Shown: positions 1 to 13,817 of the stretch, in pieces
How the letters are laid out: each line of letters opens with the position of its first letter
Position numbering within the stretch: position 1 is the first letter of the stretch
Assembly (NCBI RefSeq): GCF_963676685.1
Contig: NC_092351.1
Span: 89,652,001-89,716,000, forward strand
Source of the DNA: Mytilus edulis
Taxonomy: Eukaryota
DNA length: 64,000 nucleotides
Reading direction: 5' to 3'
Made by a program: the position numbers and the translations under genes
The notes under the pieces: generated by a model
Told to the model about the DNA's origin: nothing
Databases searched by the model: none
What the model saw: only the letters and a program-made list of their open reading frames with translations

Positions 1-265
1 CTCTAGTACGCAAATTTATAAGAGGACGTGTTATCATATAGTTGTTTCTTGAAAAGGTCTCACATTAAAGCAATCCAATTAACGTAGATGACAATTTGTG
101 AACGGTACTGTAGACACGAATTGATGTATTGGTTAAATACGTGAATGACAGCAAAGATGGTAGCACGACGAAGACAGGGATGATAATTGTAATACTCGGT
201 ATAGGATGATGTTAAACCCACATTTTAACAAATTTTATGGGATTAAAATATCATTAAAATTGTTA

Positions 266-274
266 CAATCTACA
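266..274 (+). pseudogene. Disrupted 9-nt microexon (cassette A, first 9-nt unit): donor intact, acceptor absent
   Basis: (c)aatctaca|gtaagt is followed by intron sequence homologous to that after exons 2548, 16312 and 60606. It matches gaatttaaa (16312). Upstream sequence is unrelated and has no AG acceptor. Confidence 0.55.
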
Positions 275-2547
275 GTAAGTATACATTTTTATATGCCTTT
301 TTTAGATTTTTGTTGTATAATTATACCTGAGTTCATCTACTTGTAACATGTGTAACTAGGTCTGAAAAACCATTATTTTCAAAAAAATGTTTTGGACCAT
401 AATTTTCAGACTCGAACAGGATTACAGTGTTCCTCTATAATACTGTTCATGGTATAATCATAAACAAATCGATACATGTACCACTATGAAACATCAGGAC
501 CATGTAACTTATCCTTGTTCGTCATTTCATCATTCCATCATTTGACAACGAACTCTGTACGGATTTTTTTTTCCTAAACGCATTTACAGACTGTTGGTCT
601 TTGGTATGTGAACCTAATATTATGAGTTACAAATTGAGTTCACGTTCGGTTCCGCTCTGCTGAATTTGGCAGAAAGTAGGCACTTTGGACTTTTCGTGAA
701 AATAACATGCATAAACACTTTGTTCCTTAACGCATTGAAATATTTTGAGTTGATTTTTAGTTTGTGAGTCTATTGTGATGAGCTATAGATCATTTATTAC
801 ATTAAGTGCCATTCCTCTAATTTTTTAGAAATCACGGGAATTAAACTTCAACAAATCCGAGTTATAACAGCTGAAAAGTCCTTTTCGTGAAATCCTTCTA
901 ATAATGAGTTTGCAACCGTTTTTGAAAACGGGACCATAATTAAGTGTCTGACACCACATCTTGGTACTGTTTCTGTTTCATTTCACTCTTTGTAATCTAC
1001 ATTTTGAGGAGTTGCAAGACAGGAGTACCAAGTTCAGCTGGAGTACATATAAAAGAAACCATATTCAACCCACACAGTGTTAACGTGTGAAGGATAGTTT
1101 ATTTTATCTGTAGATGGTTTTTTTCTACCGCGATATTTGCTGCATTTTAACAATGTTTGATTTCATTGCTTGGTCTTATAATTGTCTTTTTATATAACCT
1201 ACTATTGCCAATGCCGTCACAATTTGTTTTGGATAACAGCATTGACTATTGCACAATGTTTCCATCATCATAACCATAGGTGTTAAAACAGATTACAATA
1301 TTGCCAGAATTCCCCTTTAGATTACAACCAACAATGACAAGAACCAATGATGGATTTACCCAGATTATTATTTTTTCAAAAACAAATAAAGCTTTGTTCG
1401 TTTCTTTTTAGTTTCAAAATCGGAAAGCGTAACAGACTTAAAATTGCTATATGAAATAGCCAAAAATCGTCGAAACGCAAGGTTCAGAACAGAAATCAAG
1501 ATACAAGAAGACATTGTTCATAATTTGTCCGTATAAAGGGGAAACACCTTGTATGTTGAATTTTAAGCTTAATAACTTTAAAACTACCTGCTTTCTTAAG
1601 TTTACGTCCAAATCTTGTTTTAAAACATGATGATTCAAACCTTCCCATTTTGTAAAAAGTCAAATTTTCAGCATTTTCCTTCAGATTTACAATACATTTT
1701 TGTAAATACCCGTCAAAGGAAGTTTTCTAAAACACATTAGTTTTAGATCTATGACTGAAATGGACTGGATTATTCGCAAATTTAATATTATTTATAATTT
1801 CAATCTTAGACTAAGAGAAGTAATTTAATAAAAAGGGCAAAAGTCACGTGGTGCAAATCATATGAATAAAGTACCTATGATTCGATTGACTACAATTGAA
1901 TTTATGTTTGGAATACCGTTCAGTAGCTGTTGTACATCTTTTTCATCAATTTGTATTGTCACTTCTTTTTATTTTCGTTATTTGTTGTTTTAGTCTTTAA
2001 TATCAGAATGTCAAATTTTACGTCATTATTGAAATTATACATTTGTTTGTTTGTTAGTTGAACCGTATGTGTAACAACGTCCAATTGTGAGCTGAAGTTG
2101 TATAGAATATATCGAGATTGTAATCGCTAAGGTTAACAGGTTTATAAGGAAATGATTCAAACCTCGCTGTTGATGGAAGTGACTAGATTTGTATTACAGG
2201 TCAAATGTATTACACTCATTTAATCACAACAATTGTAAAATTGTAACCAGTTATATATCTGTATTCAAGATAACATGATCCATTCACTGATTTATTACAG
2301 ACAATTTTTTATTAAAATATTTAATGAATATCGTTGTTAAAGGTTTTCCTTGAAGCGTGCTGAAAAATCTTATTTCATTTAGTATTTCAAAGCTGATGTG
2401 ACATTCTTATTTCTATATCTTTTTTTCCAAATAACATTTCATTTGTCCATATCATTTCATTTTACTGTATTTGCATTACCTTATACATTTTATAACGATC
2501 TTGGTAACTATTCTATAGATCAATCTTTTTTTTTCTATTTATTATAG

Positions 2548-2556
2548 AGTTTTTAA
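2548..2556 (+). CDS. 9-nt phase-2 microexon of TRIM-like paralogue, cassette A (x-V-F-K)
   Basis: ttttttttttctatttattatag|AGTTTTTAA|gtaagt; both flanking introns are homologous to those around exon 60606 of the B-box gene. Confidence 0.75.
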   Translation, partial: SF

Positions 2557-5500
2557 GTAAGTATACATTTTTATTTGTCTTTCGTTAGATATTCGTTATA
2601 TTTTTATATCTGAGTTAATCTAGTATCTGCATGTAACTAGGCCTGAAAAACCATTACTTTCACATAATGTTTTGGACATTATTTTCAGACTCGAAAAGGA
2701 TTACAGCGTTCTTCAATAATACTGTTCATGATATAATAATAAATAAATCGATACATGTACTACTGAAAAACATCTGGACCACGTAGTTTAACCCTTGCTC
2801 GTTATTCCATCATTCAATCATTCGACAACAAACTATATACGGAATGTTTCCTAAACGCATTAACAGACTGTTGGTCTTTTAGTATGTGAATCTAATATGA
2901 TAAACTACAGACTGATTAACATTGGATTCCGCTCCGCTGATTTTGGCAGAAATTAAACTCTAAACTTGGAAAATATCGTGAAAATAACATGTATATACGT
3001 TTGGTTCCTAAACGCATTTAAATATTTTGAGTTGATTTTTTCTCTGTGAGTCTATTGTGATGAGTTGCAGATAATATTTACATTATGTTCCATTCCTTTA
3101 ATTTTTTGCCGAAATCGTAGCTATGATTTGAGCTTAAACAAATTTGTTAAAATAACAGTTATTAAGACTATTTTGTAAAGGCCTACCCATATTGAGCTTG
3201 CAACAGTTTTTGAAAACGAGGCCATACATGTCATTCTGACACATCAATGTATTGGTTTTGTTACTCTTTGTTATCTGTAATTTAATGAGTTACACGGCAG
3301 GAATTCAAAATATTACTGAACACGTATTTAAAAAAGATTATCAATCCACGCAGTGTTAACATATAAAGACTAGTTTATTTTATCATGTTGATAGTTATGT
3401 CGTCCGCGCTATTAGCCTTATTTGAGAATGTTTGATTCCATTTCTTTGCCTTATAATAGTCTTTTTATTTATCCTACGATTACCAATGCAGTCACAATTC
3501 ATTTTGGATAACAACAATGATCTTTGCATTAGGTTTCCATCATAACAATAGTTGTTTAAACACATTACTGAATTGCCAGAACATACTTTTAGAATATAGC
3601 CAACATAAGACAAGAACCAATTTTAAATTTAACCAGATTTATTGTACAATTTTACCAGAAATATTATACATTTTTGTACAAATTGAAAAGCCACCTAGAC
3701 TGTTAAATGTCTGACTGTCCTATTCTTGTCTTTTCTTTGTTCGGATTTTTCTCCTAACTGTATCGAAATACAAACTGAATATTATTTAAGATTAGTTCAC
3801 AAAGAAATATGATGTTGTTCATAAATTCAAAGTGTCAATCAAACAACTCCAAAGAACTTCCATTAACACCAAGATATCAATGTCTGAATAATTATTGTGT
3901 CTGTATATATGGTTACTACTGAAATTTCTAGAAAACCATAGAAATTTAAATTTTGCACCGTAGATTATGATCGTTCTTGAATCATTATACAAGTCAAATA
4001 AAAGTTCTTATCATTCCATCAATGTCAATTATTGCTCCAGTGATTTGCTAACATTTTTTTGTAAACAAATTTAAATGATAAACAACCCATCATGTAGCAT
4101 ACAACTACCAAATTTAAGAAAGGCAAAACACATTACGCTTAATTGCATCAAATTTCAAATAAGACAACTATCCAACAGACACCAAATTGGATAAATGAGC
4201 AAATTCCTTAATGTGCTCATCATAATGAAGTTAGACAATTCAAAAGAGCAAAACAAAAACCATTAAAATTTACGAGTACATAATGATTACACGATGTGAT
4301 GTAAACCCCCTGTTTGAATTGTTGCTATGGTGGTGCTATACATTAATCCGTTGCTATACAAGTAAATATGTTGATGATGTGTGACTCCCAAAGATAGGTT
4401 TCTATATGTCTAAATCTTTATCACAACCAGGTTCAAAGTTCAACAAAGAAACAAAATAAAACCCCATTGTTTGATGCATGTGTACATCAAGATTATTTGT
4501 CACTAATTAATGATTTAGTATGGTCTTATTTGACTTGATGAATTCTGCATATAGTTGTTATTATTATTTTAATCACCACGCAATTTTTTACGTCTGTTTC
4601 ACAAGAAAGGTATTTTTGTGTACAATTTTACAATAAGTACAGTAGCAGTATAGATTTTTCGTTTTTCTGTTTATGCTTTTCAACTTCGTGTTAAAATAAG
4701 TCATGTCAATTGTTATTTGAGCTCCACTGGGCATGCGTATTACATTGACAATGAGTTTTGCAGTCCTGATATTATTATTAAGTTTTATCATGAATCACCA
4801 GGTAAAAAAATGAATACTCAACGAAATCTTTATTTTCTATAATTATGTCTGTTTTGCTATTTTTAAGACTTACTTTTTGGTTCTGAATTACTAGTATAAT
4901 TGTATCCAATAAACAGTGACGTAAGGTATATGTTCGTCTGAAAACAGCAACAAACAATCTGGGATCTGGGATTAACTTTTAAATCTTGTTCATGTTGGTT
5001 GTATCAGCACTACAACACTTGAACAGGTCCCTAACTGTGTCATACGGCCCGTCAAAATAAATTATAAGACAATCCAACAGAGCAAAAGCAATGGTTCTCT
5101 TTGCCTTATAAGTGTAACAGCTAAATATTAAAAATTACGAGTATATAGTGTTTAGATGATGTGATTTTAACCCCTGTTTTAAATACAAATATCAATTGTT
5201 GTAAGGTGGTATAATACATAAATGAGTCGCTTTCACTAAAATATGGTGATGCTGTGCGGCTCTCAAAGGTTTTATATATCTAAACCTGTATCACTTTCAG
5301 GTTCAAAATTCCACAACCGAACAAAATATAACGCCAATATTCGATTCATGTGTCTATCAACATTATTTGTCACCAATCAATGCTTTTGTGTGGTCATATT
5401 TGACTTGATGAATTCTGCATATAGTGGTTGGTATTATTTCAATCACCACAAGAGAGGTATTTTTGTGTACAATTCTACAATAAGTACAGTGACAGTACAG

Positions 5501-6434
5501 CCTTGCGGTCATATAACTTAATAATTCTTCTTTTTCTGTGTATGCTTTTCAACTTCGTGTTACAATAAGTCATGTCAATTGTTATTTGAGCTCCACTGGG
5601 CATGCGTAATACATTGACAAAGCATGTCTGGTATCTTTAATGAGTTGTGCAGTCCTGATATTATTATTATGTTTATCATGATTTTTCCGGTGAAATTTGA
5701 AAAATCAACGAAATCTTTATTTTCAATAATTCTGTCGGTTTTACTATCTATTAGACTTACTTTTTTAATTCTGAATTACTGGTATATTTATATCAATAAA
5801 CAGTGACGTAGGATATTTGTTTGTCTGACAACAGTAAGAACACATCATATCCATCAGGGTTTAACTTTTTCACGTTGTTCTTGTTGGTTTCATTAGAACT
5901 TCATCGTTTTACGAAATCTTTTTAAATACTTTTAAAATAATCCAGCATTACTGAAGCGCTATGAAATGTCGAAATGTTGAAATGGTACAAAATATTTTGT
6001 ATCATTAATGCTGTTAATACAAATGAGAAAAAAATGATAAAAAATACGTTGTTACAGGAACTAAGACTGCTTCAGATTAATGTTTATGTTTTATAGACAG
6101 AGGAATATCAGTCAGATAATATTTACATACTTTCATTATGTAATGTATCAGAAATCATACTATCAATTAGTAGTTAAAGATCAGAAAGTTTTTATTAAAT
6201 AAAAGTTTGAGGTTAATGAATTCCAATGGAAAAACTAACATGAATGTTATTGTAATGTACTTTAAAGTGTAATTAAAATAAAAAGATAGAAAGCCACAAG
6301 TCGTCTATTTGGAACCGAGTTTTAAATTCTGCTTTTTTTTTATATAAAGATCAAACATTGATAGTCTTCTTTATTAATATTTAGTTAGTCGTTAAGTTAT
6401 AAACTCATTTATTATCTCTTGTAATCTCTTACAG

Positions 6435-6446
6435 AATTGGAAGATT
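6435..6446 (+). CDS. 12-nt phase-2 microexon, cassette A (K-I-G-R-L)
   Basis: aatctcttacag|AATTGGAAGATT|gtaagt; open in phase 2. Confidence 0.75.
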
Positions 6447-8393
6447 GTAAGTATTGTTATGTTATGTGGAAGATAATAAGTATTTGCATTTCATGGATCT
6501 TTTCTAGCGCTGGTGTTCTTTTTCTAAACGGCCTTTACACTAAAGGGCATACGAACAACTTATGTTATATATTCGTCAGTAATAAATTTTAGGCTGACAA
6601 ACTTTTAGAACTTTTTTGAAATATTGAAACCAACAATTATTATTATTTGTTATAAGAAAACTGTTTGATTTACTTCTTTTGTAAGTACATACATAATATA
6701 CATAACATCAATGTGCTTGTTAAATGAAAACAAAAGTGGTTTATCAATTTGTTTACATTTCTTAGATCATTGAAGCACTAAAACAAGATTACAAACAAAA
6801 ATAAAAGAATTGTAAAATAGATGTCATTATTTTTTCCCTTCAACTTAATCACAAAATAATAAACCTATACTACTAGATTGACGAAACACAGAACTATGAT
6901 TAATGTTATGTCGTGGACCTTTTCTCGGAATCTAAACGGAATATTATCTAAAATTAGTTTACAAACTAGTATGATTTTGTTTATAAATCAAAATTGCCAA
7001 TCCAACAACTCCAAAGAACTTCTAAGAATACGAATACATCCATGTCTGGATAATTTTTGTGTCTGTATATATGGTTACTACTGAAACCTCTAGAACACAG
7101 TAGACATCTGAATTTCGCACCGTAGGTTATGATCGTTCTTGGATCATTATGCAGGTCAAATACAAGGTTCTGATCATTCCCTCAATATCAATGATTGCTC
7201 AACTGATTTGTAAACATTTTTGTGAACACATACAAATAATGAACAACCCAATCATGTAAACAACTTATTGGACCACATACAACAAATTAGATCAAGATAA
7301 ATAACTTGACCATTACTTTATCATAATACTACCAAATTTCAGAAAGGCAAAACACATGACGCTTCACTGCATCCAATTTTCAATTGACAAAAAGAGAACA
7401 AACGATGAGAGTGCTTAATATAAACTTTAAATAAAACAATGTGGTATGATTGACAATTGGACAACTGACCACCAGATACCAAATTAAGTAAATGTACGCA
7501 ACAATAGGTCAATAAGCAAACCCTTACTGTGTAATAAGGCCCGCCATAACAAATTATAATACAAACAAAAGAGTTCTCTTTGCCGTATGGGTGTTTCAGC
7601 CTTACATACAAATTTACGACTATATGGTGTTTACATGATATGATTTTAACCCCTGTTTTAAATACAAACATCAAATTTTGCTAAGGTGGTGCAGTACACT
7701 AATCACTCGCTTTCATCTAAATATGTTGATGATGTGCGACTCTCAAAGATAGGTTTCTAAATCTTTATTACAATCAGGTTCAAAGTTCGACAGACAAAGG
7801 AACAAAATTAAACACCATTATTCGATGCATGTGTACATCAAGGTTATTGGTCATTAATCTTTTGTGTGGTCTTCTTTGACTTCATCAATTCTGCATATAG
7901 TGGTTGTTATTCTTTCAATCACTACGCGTTATTTTTACCGCTGTGTAACAAAACAGATATCTTTATTACATTCTCTTCTTTTTTCTTTTCATTCTGTTCA
8001 GCTTCGTATTAAGATTAGTCATGTAAATTGATTTTTGAGCTGTACTGGACATGCGTAACAAATTGACGAAGCTTGTCTGGTATCTTTAATGAGTGTAACA
8101 GTCCTGATAATTTTTTTCCAGTTTTATCATGATTTAGCGGGTAAAAGTTTGAATACTCAAACTCATTTTCAATACTTATGGCGGTTTTACTATTTTTAAG
8201 TCTTACGTTTGGTTCTAAAATACTGCCATATTTCTATCAGTTTTCATTTTCAGTGACGTACAGTATATGTTCGTCTTACAACAGCACCAACACATCATTT
8301 CAATCCGGGTTTCACTGTCACATCTTGTTCTTGTTGGTTTCATCAGCACTTCAATGATTTTAGAAAAAAATATTTAAAATACTTAATACTCCA

Positions 8394-8436
8394 GTATTAC
8401 TGACGAGATATTAAATGTCTAAATGTAGATCTGATA
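8394..8436 (+). ncRNA. Degenerate minimal type I hammerhead ribozyme relic in an intron
   Basis: gtatta-CTGACGA-gatat(taa)atgtc-TAAA-tgtagatc-tgatac: CUGANGA box, stem II and stem I can pair, but GAAA is mutated to TAAA. Paralogous copies near 5945 and 27635 retain cGAAAt. Confidence 0.45.
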
Positions 8437-8873
8437 CAGTATATTTTGTACCATTAATGCTGTTAAACAAATAAGAAATTGCAACATAAACTCTGACTGT
8501 TTCAGATTAAATTTTATGGTTTATATACAGAGGAATGTTAGATTATAATGACATTATGTAATTTATTAGTAAAAATAACTATCAATTAGCTAAAAATCAG
8601 AAAGTGTTGATAAAACAAAAGTTTAAGGTCAATGAACTCCAAGGGAAAAATAACATGAATGTGGTTGTATGGTACTACAAGTATGTACTCATTTTAAAGT
8701 CTTATTCAAATACAAAGATTAGATAGAAAACCAAAAGTTATTTAGAACCAAGTTTTAATTTCTGCTAATATTTTTTTGATATTAAAATCATAGACTGATC
8801 CGTCTTCTTTCTTAATATTGAGTTTATTCGTTTAGCTACAAACTCATTTAGTATCTCTTATAATCTTTTACAG

Positions 8874-8885
8874 AGGCAAATACAT
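8874..8885 (+). CDS. 12-nt phase-2 microexon, cassette A (L-G-K-Y-I)
   Basis: aatcttttacag|AGGCAAATACAT|gtaagt; lies in a tandem copy of the intron unit that carries exon 6435. Confidence 0.75.
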
Positions 8886-9330
8886 GTAAGTATTATTATG
8901 GGATGTGATATATTTATAATAAGTATTTGCATTTCATGTTATGTCTTTGACCTTTTCTAACGGTGTTCTTTCTCTAAACGTCCTTTTCACTTAAGACCAA
9001 AACAACAATTTATGTTATATATTCGTCAATAATAGATTTTAGGCTGACAAACTGTTAGAACTATTTTGAAATATTCAAACAAACAATGATTATTATTTGT
9101 TATAACGAAACTGTTCTATTTACTTCTTTTGTACAATATCAAGCATGTTGGCCTTTTGAATAATAGCAAATTGATTCATCAATCTTAAAATTTCTTAGCA
9201 CATTGAAGATAGCAAAAAAAATATATAACTTAATCAATGAATAATAAACATATAACACTAGATTCAGGAAACACAAAATATTTTTTTAACTGCTGATAGT
9301 TTCTTCCTTTGGTGTCTTTCATCAAACCGT

Positions 9331-9358
<28 letters not shown>
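9331..9358. repeat. (TA)n microsatellite
   Basis: About 14 TA units; shorter in the paralogous copy near 30724. Confidence 0.9.
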
Positions 9359-9363
<5 letters not shown>

Positions 9364-9471
9364 AACTTGCAATATGTTTTGGTTTTAAAAGACACAAAAA
9401 CATTGCACCTGTATATTAGTATCAGTGCAGTATAGTTATATTAGTTGTTGTTAATCATTTTTCATTTTCAG

Positions 9472-9489
9472 TGATTGTAAGAAATGTGG
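9472..9489 (+). CDS. 18-nt phase-2 microexon encoding the second CxxC knuckle (D-C-K-K-C-G), cassette A
   Basis: tttttcattttcag|TGATTGTAAGAAATGTGG|gtaagt; both Cys are conserved in the copy at 30851. Confidence 0.85.
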
Positions 9490-9590
9490 GTAAGTTTTTG
9501 TTGCTAATTTGTTCTTTTTTTGAAAATATAACTAAATCGTATGAGTTTAAAAAGTATCACAATATACTGGACACCTAAGAACATTCAACA

Positions 9591-11092
9591 AGGGGAAGTC
9601 AAAACAAACCGACAAAATCAAACCATCAATCAACGGAACAAGTGAAACACAACACAATAATCTTGACTTGGTACAGGTTTTACAGCTAGTTATGTCGTGA
9701 TAGAGGGGAGGTCCATAACAACTGACAAAATCAAACTATCAATCAACGGAACAAGTGAAACACAATACAATAATCTTGACTTGGTACAGGTTTTACAGCT
9801 AGTTAAGTCGCGATAGAGGGGAGGTTCATAACAACTTGAAAAATCAAACTATCAATCAACGGAACAAATGAAACACAACACAATAATCTTGACTTGGTAC
9901 AGGTATTACAGTTAGTTAATTCGTGATAGAGGGGAGGTTCATAACAACTGACAAAATCAAACTATCAATCAACGGAACAAATGAAACACAATACAATAAT
10001 CTTGACTTGGTACAGGTTTTACAGATACTTAAGTCGTGATAGAGGGGAGGTCCATAACAACTGACAAAATCAAACTATCAATCAACGGAACAAGTAAAAC
10101 ACAACACAATAATCTTGACTTGGTACAGGTTTTACAGCTAGTTAAGTCGTGATAGAGGGGAGGTCTATAACAACTGACAAAATCAAACTATCAATCAACG
10201 GAACAAGTGAAACACAATACAATAATCTTGACTTGGTACAGGTATTACAGCTAGTTAAGTCGTGATAGAGGGGAGGTCCATAACAACCGACAAAATCAAA
10301 CTATCAATCAACGGAACAAGTGAGACACAATACAATAATCTTGACTTGGTACAGGTTTTACAGCTAGTTACGTCGTGATAGAGGGGAAGTCCATAACAAC
10401 CGACAAAATCAAACTATCAATCAACGGAACAAGTGAAACACAACACAATAATCTTGACTTGGTACAGGTTTTACAGCTAATTAAGTCGTGATAGAGGGGA
10501 GGTCTATAACAACTGACAAAATCAAACTATCAATCAACGGAACAAGTGAAACACAATACAATAATCTTGACTTGGTACATGTTTTACAGCTAGTTAAGTC
10601 GTGATAGAGGGGAGGTCTATAACAAGTGACAAAATCAAACTATCAATCAACGGAACAAGTGAAACACAACACAATAATCTTGACTTGGTACAGGTTTTAC
10701 AGCTAGTTTAGTCGTGATAGAGGGGAGGTCCATAACAACTGACAAAATCAAACTATCAATCAACGGAACAAGTGAAACACAATACAATAATCTTGACTTG
10801 GTACAGGTTTTACAGCTAGTTAAGTCGTGATAGAGGGGAAGTCTATAACAAGTGACAAAATCAAACTATCAATCAACGGAACAAGTGAAACACAATACAA
10901 TAATCTTGACTTGGTACATGTTTTACAGCTAGTTAAGTCGTGATAGAGGGGAGGTCTATAACAAGTGACAAAATCAAACTATCAATCAACGGAACAAGTG
11001 AAACACAATACAATAATCTTGACTTGGTACAGGTATTTTTAAAAGAAAAGTGTGGGCTATAGCTGATTCTACAGCTAGTTAAAGTCGTGATA
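9591..11092 (+). repeat. 113-bp minisatellite, 13 copies, intronic
   Basis: gagggg starts at 9703, 9816, 9929 ... 10946 (period 113). The unit contains the dispersed-repeat motif cttgacttggtacagg. Confidence 0.95.
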
Positions 11093-12276
11093 CATCAATC
11101 TTTTAAAATGTTTTAACAAGACATTCTATTAACATAAAGGCTGCTTTTTTCAACAGAATAAACATTGAAAACATATAAATGTGCTGAAGCAAAGGAAAAC
11201 AAATGATCTTTCTACAAAATTACTTCTTGCATATGACAAACATAAACACTGGTCTTGTATTGTACAGAAATCGTAACAGATTTAATGGGATTCAAAATTA
11301 AAGACAAATATAAACATGATAAAACAAGAGTTGCAATATGAACAGAAAAATAATAATACAAAGTAGAAACCCAATTTTATCAATTGGATCAACAGCACAG
11401 CCCCTTGTAAGAAATGAAAGCACATTTAAGGACATTTTTTGTTATTCATTTAACGAAGACTGTCTTGGTGTTTTGCAACAAATATCAACAAAAAAAGGTT
11501 AACAAATTATTAGTACTATGTAAGAACATTGATATATGACTTTTGGAAAATGCATATAATGTACGTTCTTAACGAAACATTTGGAGAACTTAGTATATAT
11601 TCCGGTAGAAAACAATATAAAATATGGGCATTTAAAGTATAATCATGTACAGCCGAACCATCAATAGTTTACCTTAATCTAAGAGATTTTTTTTTATTTT
11701 GGTTTCATAACTATCGCATATCTTACTTCAAACTGGTCTGAAAGAGAACCGAAAGATACCAAAGGGTATTCAAACCTATAAATAAGTAATTGACTACGCA
11801 TTAGCAATAAGAAGTGAAAAGAAAATGATAAATAATACAAACAACAGTTTACAAAACATCGAAGTTAAAAGACTGAACTACATGACCCCCTTCCGGCAGT
11901 CTATTGTGCTTTGAACAGTTGCTCAGATTCTGTTCCACATGTGCCAATGAGTCGTCGAAAACAAAAAACAAACAAAACAAACACACTCCCAATAAGAGTG
12001 ATTTCAGAACCAACCATTAAATTCCGTTACATCTATTGGTATATATACGAATGTCGTGTCGTACGTTCTTTAGACGACGTTCTCTATCGTGAACATTCTG
12101 GTACATTTCCTGTGTCACAATGCTTAAGTTATTTCATCACAAAAAGTACTTATTGTTCAATGACATTTTCTATGCAGAATGATATCAGGTCCACCTTTGT
12201 AAAAATCTGTTGAATAGAGAAATATATAGCATGCATATTGCTTTATGTACTTTACTCGGTATTTTACTATTTTTAG

Positions 12277-12313
12277 AAAGCGTGAGATTCATTTCTTGAT
12301 TGGCGAACTATAA
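12277..12313 (+). CDS. Terminal coding exon, cassette A (G-K-R-E-I-H-F-L-I-G-E-L-stop)
   Basis: attttactatttttag|A AAG CGT GAG ATT CAT TTC TTG ATT GGC GAA CTA TAA; same length, phase and IGEL* ending as the exon at 33255; several AATAAA downstream (for example ~12430, ~12793). Confidence 0.8.
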
Positions 12314-13577
12314 TACAGAATGACTATGCTAAGTATTTCACCTGAAATTACTTTGAAGGACTTGAGAGTAGTAATCTATAGATTGTTTATCATCAAATCT
12401 TTTATGTTTGTTTTTAGTTTTTGATTTTTAAATAAAGAGGACTTGGGGATCACAAATGAGACATTATTTGGAGAAGCAAGCCCCATGTGCTGTACAATTA
12501 GTTACAAAAATGTTATTACTTTATGGAATTATTGTTAATTGTTTTCCAAATCCACATTTGCAAGACATATTTCATACGACATTTTGTACTTTCAAGCTTT
12601 TCTTCAAATAAATATATTTTGTTATCATATAAAATTAATATTTTTGAACTTCTTTAATCACTTGATACACTTTTCAATATAGAACAAAACAAATATCTTC
12701 AACACTGAAATAGTGTCCTTATCATATGGCAATTTGATTTGTGGTTTTCTTCCTGGCCTTTATCCTACTGATTGTCCTTAGTATCTATTACAATAAATAT
12801 TTGATCAAATAAATATGATATGAGTCCTATATGGATGCTTTATAAGTACATGTACATCATTGACTTGATGTATTTGTGTTTTTACATGTTTTTGTGTTTT
12901 TCTTTTAGATTGAAAATTACATGAAATAGGAAATCTGCTATTTATTTTTATTTTTATTTTTATGGGTAAATTCCCAAAACAGAGAAATGATTTCTTTAGT
13001 GTGCTTTTAAGTCAGTTGATAAGACATGTTGTGTATATATGGTATATCATATAATAAAAAATGTTTTTTTTTCTAAATACTCTATTTGTAACTGTACATA
13101 ACAAGACTGTCACAGTCAAATACAACATGATGTATATAATTTATACCTTTAAGAAATTAAAAAGGGTATTCCCATTAACATGATTTTACTTAAGAGACAA
13201 GAGTATATTGAATAGATATATGTAACTAATGTTTATTATTTAGTTCATTTAAATATTACATTGAAATGAAATAAATATATTGTACAACTAAAATGTAGTT
13301 GAAATGATAATTTATATGATATCCACTTCAACTGGTTGTTTTTGTTATTTTGATTTTGTGTTTACGACAGACAATTTCTTTCTATAATACAAGCAACAGT
13401 ATTACTGCATTGTAAACAGATTTTCAATAAACGTAGACATTTTTATGTACGTTGTTCTTGTGTAGTGGTGCATTAGCACAAGATACGATGAAAATGAGAT
13501 AAGTAGTTGGGAAAGGGTTGAATGGACATATAGAATCGAAGCACAAAGAAAATCCCAACCAACTCACAGACAAACGA

Positions 13578-13817
13578 TCAAATATATTTAAGTTGTGCGT
13601 ACAATATATTTAAGGTAAGTGCACAATATATTTAAGCTGTGCGCACCATATATTTAAGTTGTGTGCACAATATATTTAAAGTGTGCGCACCATATATTAT
13701 TTTGTGCGCACATTATATTTTTTTGTACGAACAATATATTATTTTGCGCGCACAATATATTTAAGTTGTGCGTACAATATTTTTTTTTTCTTTGCATGTC
13801 ACTATCGGGGCTCCGTA
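13578..13817. repeat. Short tandem array (~22-bp aatatatttaagttgtgcgcac) ending in ggggctccgta; probable non-autonomous DNA element end
   Basis: Visible tandem units; absent at the paralogous position near 37665. Confidence 0.55.

Noticed and set aside
11911-12213. 100-aa ORF similar to the ORF at 31978-32313
   Set aside because: The similarity reflects the recent duplication. The starts are non-ATG, there is no recognisable domain, and the region is intronic in my model.
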